DNA of 64,000 bases, taken from positions 121,522,001 through 121,586,000 of the forward strand of contig NC_087437.1 in the NCBI RefSeq assembly GCF_036321535.1, given 5' to 3'. The position numbers were made by a program, and so were the translations under genes. This stretch comes from Camelus dromedarius (Eukaryota). Each line of letters starts with the position of its first letter. Position 1 is the first letter of the stretch. The notes below the pieces were generated by a model. The model was given only the letters and a program-made list of their open reading frames with translations, did not search any database and had not been told where the DNA came from. Shown one piece after another: positions 60,765 to 64,000 of this stretch.

Positions 60765-62774
60765 AGCATCAAAAGAAAACGTTTTTATTTTGACTGCATA
60801 TATTTAGAAATGCTAAATGACAGACACTGTCTTAAACAACACAAGGAAGGTGAAGAAGAAATGACAAAACAGGAAATAGTTGCAAAATCTCAAATTTAGT
60901 ACTGAACTACTCCTATGAATTTAGGACAAACTATAGATTGAGACTAAGCTAATAGAAATAATACGTAGTTTGAATGGGGTTGGCTTGCTTAAATTTTTCT
61001 TCTTGATCAGCTTCTTTTTTTTCCTTCATTAAATTTTTAAATTTTTATTTATTTATTTAGCTTAGGTTTTCAAACCAACCAAAATTTACTCGGGTCAATA
61101 TCCAGGAGTTACTGCTACCTTGTAAACAGCAGCCTAATGCGCAGAGAGTTCTCTTTGTCTCCAACATCTCTACCAGGACAAGCTTGGAGGATGCTGTAGG
61201 TCACAGCAAACATTTAATTTCGAGCAGAATACAGCGCTGTAGACCACACTGCTCAGGGTCCGAGAGGAGGAGGCGGGCAGTAACGGGACGGCGCTAACAA
61301 AGCCCGTGTGAGCGCTGCTCCCGGCGGCTACAACGCTCCACTCCCAGGAGACGCTGTGGCGTCGATGTGCAACCAGGGCAGACGAGGGGGAGCTGGATGC
61401 ACGTGTCCCCCCAGACACACGTGCAGACGTGGTGCAGTGGTCGTGGTGCAGTGGTCGTGGTGGTCAGACTCAGGCGCTGGGAGCTGAGCCAGCCCTGCAG
61501 GTGTCCCCGGAGCCCTGAGTCCTCACAGGGAGACCCTCCTCCTTGCTGGGGGCCCAGTGCCCGGGGCCCCCCACCTCCAGGCCCTGTGCTGCCCCCACGC
61601 CGCGTTGGTCCCCAGCGCTGCTGTCCCCCCGCCATCTCCCGGGGTCCCAGGCCGGGGGGTGGCCCTCAGCAGGCGTTCAGCCAGGGACGCCAGCTAGCTG
61701 ACCTTGTCCTGCAGCGCCTGCTCCCTTGGGCGTTCGCCTCTGCCAGCCTTTCTTTCTCCCCTCCTTCTGCTGGACTCGCTGCTTCCATGTGGTGACCTTC
61801 CGGGCCAGCAGCTCCCGAATTCGGGGGACAGAGGCTTTTCCTGCCGGTCCTCCCTCCCTCTCTGCCGAGGCTGCTCCCCGGTGCTCTCTGCCGCTTGGAG
61901 GCTGGGTGTCCCCTGGGTCACGCGGGAGAGCTGGGGAGGCGGGCTCCTCCCGGCCTTTCCCAGGACGTCCACGGGTTCTTGAGAAGGTGACCTGCTCAGG
62001 CTTCTGCTGAGAGCCGACAGGCACAAAGTCACTAAGGTGGGAGGGCTGGCCTCCCCGCGGGGTGGCCTGCCGGCCCCATCGGCCTGGGTTGTGTGTCCAG
62101 TAGTCCCAGGCCCTTGTCCTCAGACGTCGCTGCCCCTCGGGGAACACCCCTCACCTGGACTCTTCCGTCCCTTCCTGGTACCAATCCCAGGACGACCAGC
62201 CCTGCCGCACACACCAGGGTCCCCCAGGGAAACAGAAGGGTCAGGTTTTCCCAAACCAGCCGCCCAGCGCCCCCCGGGAGCTCCAGCATCAGTGGGGACG
62301 CTGGCCCGGGGGCAGGAGCAGGCCCCCCGTGGCTGCCGGGGCCCCACAGCTCTGCCTCTGAGGCCAGGGTCCTCTGGGCCACAAATGACCACTCAGAACC
62401 CTAAGGGGCGTTCCGTGTCCAGGTAACGGGTCCCTGACAACCGGGGCAGACCCACAGTTGGGCTGGGGGAGGGGTGGCCAGCCAGGGTCTAGGGAGCGGT
62501 TCCCCCAACTTGGCTCTGGAGTTAGAGTGATGTCGCTTCCCCAGGCACCGGGGGAGGGGAGAAGGGCTGGTCCCAGCCTGGGGCTGGGCCACTCTGGCCC
62601 CCGCCCAGCCCCACAGGACACCCGGGGGGTCAGAGCAGGGCCAGGCCAGGACCCCTTCTGCGCACAAGGGCAGGTCCGACCGAGTGGGGGGCCCCGTCCC
62701 CGGGGGAGGCCGTTCTCCTGAGTGAAGGTTCCCTCCAGTGGGGAGGGCTGTGCCCCCACCCAGGTAGTAGCTGC

Positions 62775-62835
62775 ACACACATAGGCAGAGACCACGCACA
62801 TGCGGGCAGAGACCACCTACACGCAGGCAGTGACT
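62775..62835. repeat. Short tandem repeat, about 21-bp unit, 3 copies
   Basis: cacataggcagagaccacg / cacatgcgggcagagaccacc / tacacgcaggcagtgact. Confidence 0.6.
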
Positions 62836-64000
62836 AGATGTGCACCGTGTTTCCTCAGACGCGTCTCATTCCATATAAGACGCAGGGTGGGGATGTGCCG
62901 TCCATACTGTGAATTTCAGGTCCTTGTATCTGGTCACGATTCCTTCTGCTCTGGTTTATCATCGCTCCTAACCTCCATTTCTTTCCAGAAGTCCCTTTGG
63001 GGCGCTTGTCCCTGCAGGAGGACTTGACACGTTCCCATATTGGCTCTTGTTTGACTCAGAAGCGTCCCCGCTCTCCCGCCTTCTCTGAGGCATCTCTGTC
63101 CGGTTCAGTGGTTTCCCTTCACCCTGGCCCGCATCTCCCTGGTACAGAGAAGAGCTTTCGGGTTTTGCCTTTTTCTTCATCACCGCATGGAGGCCTCACA
63201 GCCGGTTCCAAAGTTTCTGTCAGTATGTTTTGGACAAGTATTTAAGGAGCACCTCCGACGTGCAGGGACGGGGTGGGGACGGGTCAGACCCGGGGCCCAC
63301 CTCCCTCAGAGGAGCTGAGTCTCCCGGGGACAGGCCCCTCAGGCAGGAGGTCCCTGCCGGCTCTGATTCAGCGGTGGGGGTCAACAGATAACGCGGCTGT
63401 GAGAGGCTGAGGGGCGGCCCCAAGGGCACCTCTCAGTCCCTGGGACCTGATCCCCCGCCCCTCCAACACACGCACACACACACACAGGGACGTCAGGGCC
63501 GTAGGAACAAAGGGCCTTGAGGGGAGCAGCCTCCGCTGGACCGTCTGGGGGCCCCAAGCAGAGCCACGTGTATCCTGCAGGGAGACGTGGGAAGAGCTGA
63601 CGCACGCGGGGGAAGTGCCGTGAAGACAGAGCAGGGAGGTTTGCAGATGCTGGTCCTGAGAGCTTGTCTACACCTCCGCGGCACCCGTCCCAGACCAGCC
63701 ACCTGGATGCATGTTTCCCCAGGATGCCTGCACTGACCTCTGCCTGCCCCCCTGCTCCGCCCCCCAGACTGTTCCCAGCACAGCACCTGGGGCCATCTCT
63801 GTTCCAAGTCAGCTCCGTGGAAGTCGCCTCGGGAGTCTGCCAGCAGCTCCCATCTCAGCACAGGCGTGTCCCGAGTCCCAGCCAGGAGCCAGGGTCGACC
63901 GCCAGTGCCCATCTCCTCCTCCACGGGCCTCACTTCCTCTGCCGGATGCCCTGGCCTCCCCGCACTGAACCCGTCCCATCCCCAGGGCCTTTGCACATGC

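Noticed and set aside
52800..64000. A second protein-coding gene such as POFUT2 downstream
   Set aside because: No ORF in either strand resembles a known protein; the short ORFs are GC-rich noise.
1..64000. CRISPR arrays, tRNA, rRNA or prokaryotic systems
   Set aside because: The sequence is a mammalian intron-exon locus; no repeat-spacer arrays or structural RNA genes were seen.

Overview
This is mammalian genomic DNA, GC- and CpG-rich and probably subtelomeric. An L1 3' end resembling cetartiodactyl elements suggests a camelid-like species (inference); no Alu, B1 or B2 elements were seen. The window holds the complete coding region of ADARB1 (ADAR2, dsRNA-specific adenosine deaminase) on the + strand. 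Nine coding exons (12580-12607, 15930-16870, 20223-20337, 22179-22347, 23055-23203, 24234-24402, 30725-30906, 47434-47612, 48460-48639) splice to 2112 nt = 703 aa, with two dsRBDs and an intact Zn/IP6 deaminase domain, followed by a 3' UTR of about 3.5-4 kb. The ADAR2 self-editing feedback circuit is readable in the sequence: an intronic AA (15881-15882) lies exactly 47 nt upstream of the normal acceptor, and its editing-complementary sequence lies about 1.4 kb upstream (14368-14465). Other observations: a GC-AG intron; apparent loss of N-terminal Pin1 and WWP2 regulatory motifs; a Gly10 tract; a candidate cryptic exon that would restore frame only together with the edited 47-nt cassette; an inverted L1 pair in the 16.5-kb intron; and patchy AT-to-GC shifts in old repeats. 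All comparisons to human or rat proteins and to repeat consensus sequences are from memory and need alignment to confirm.
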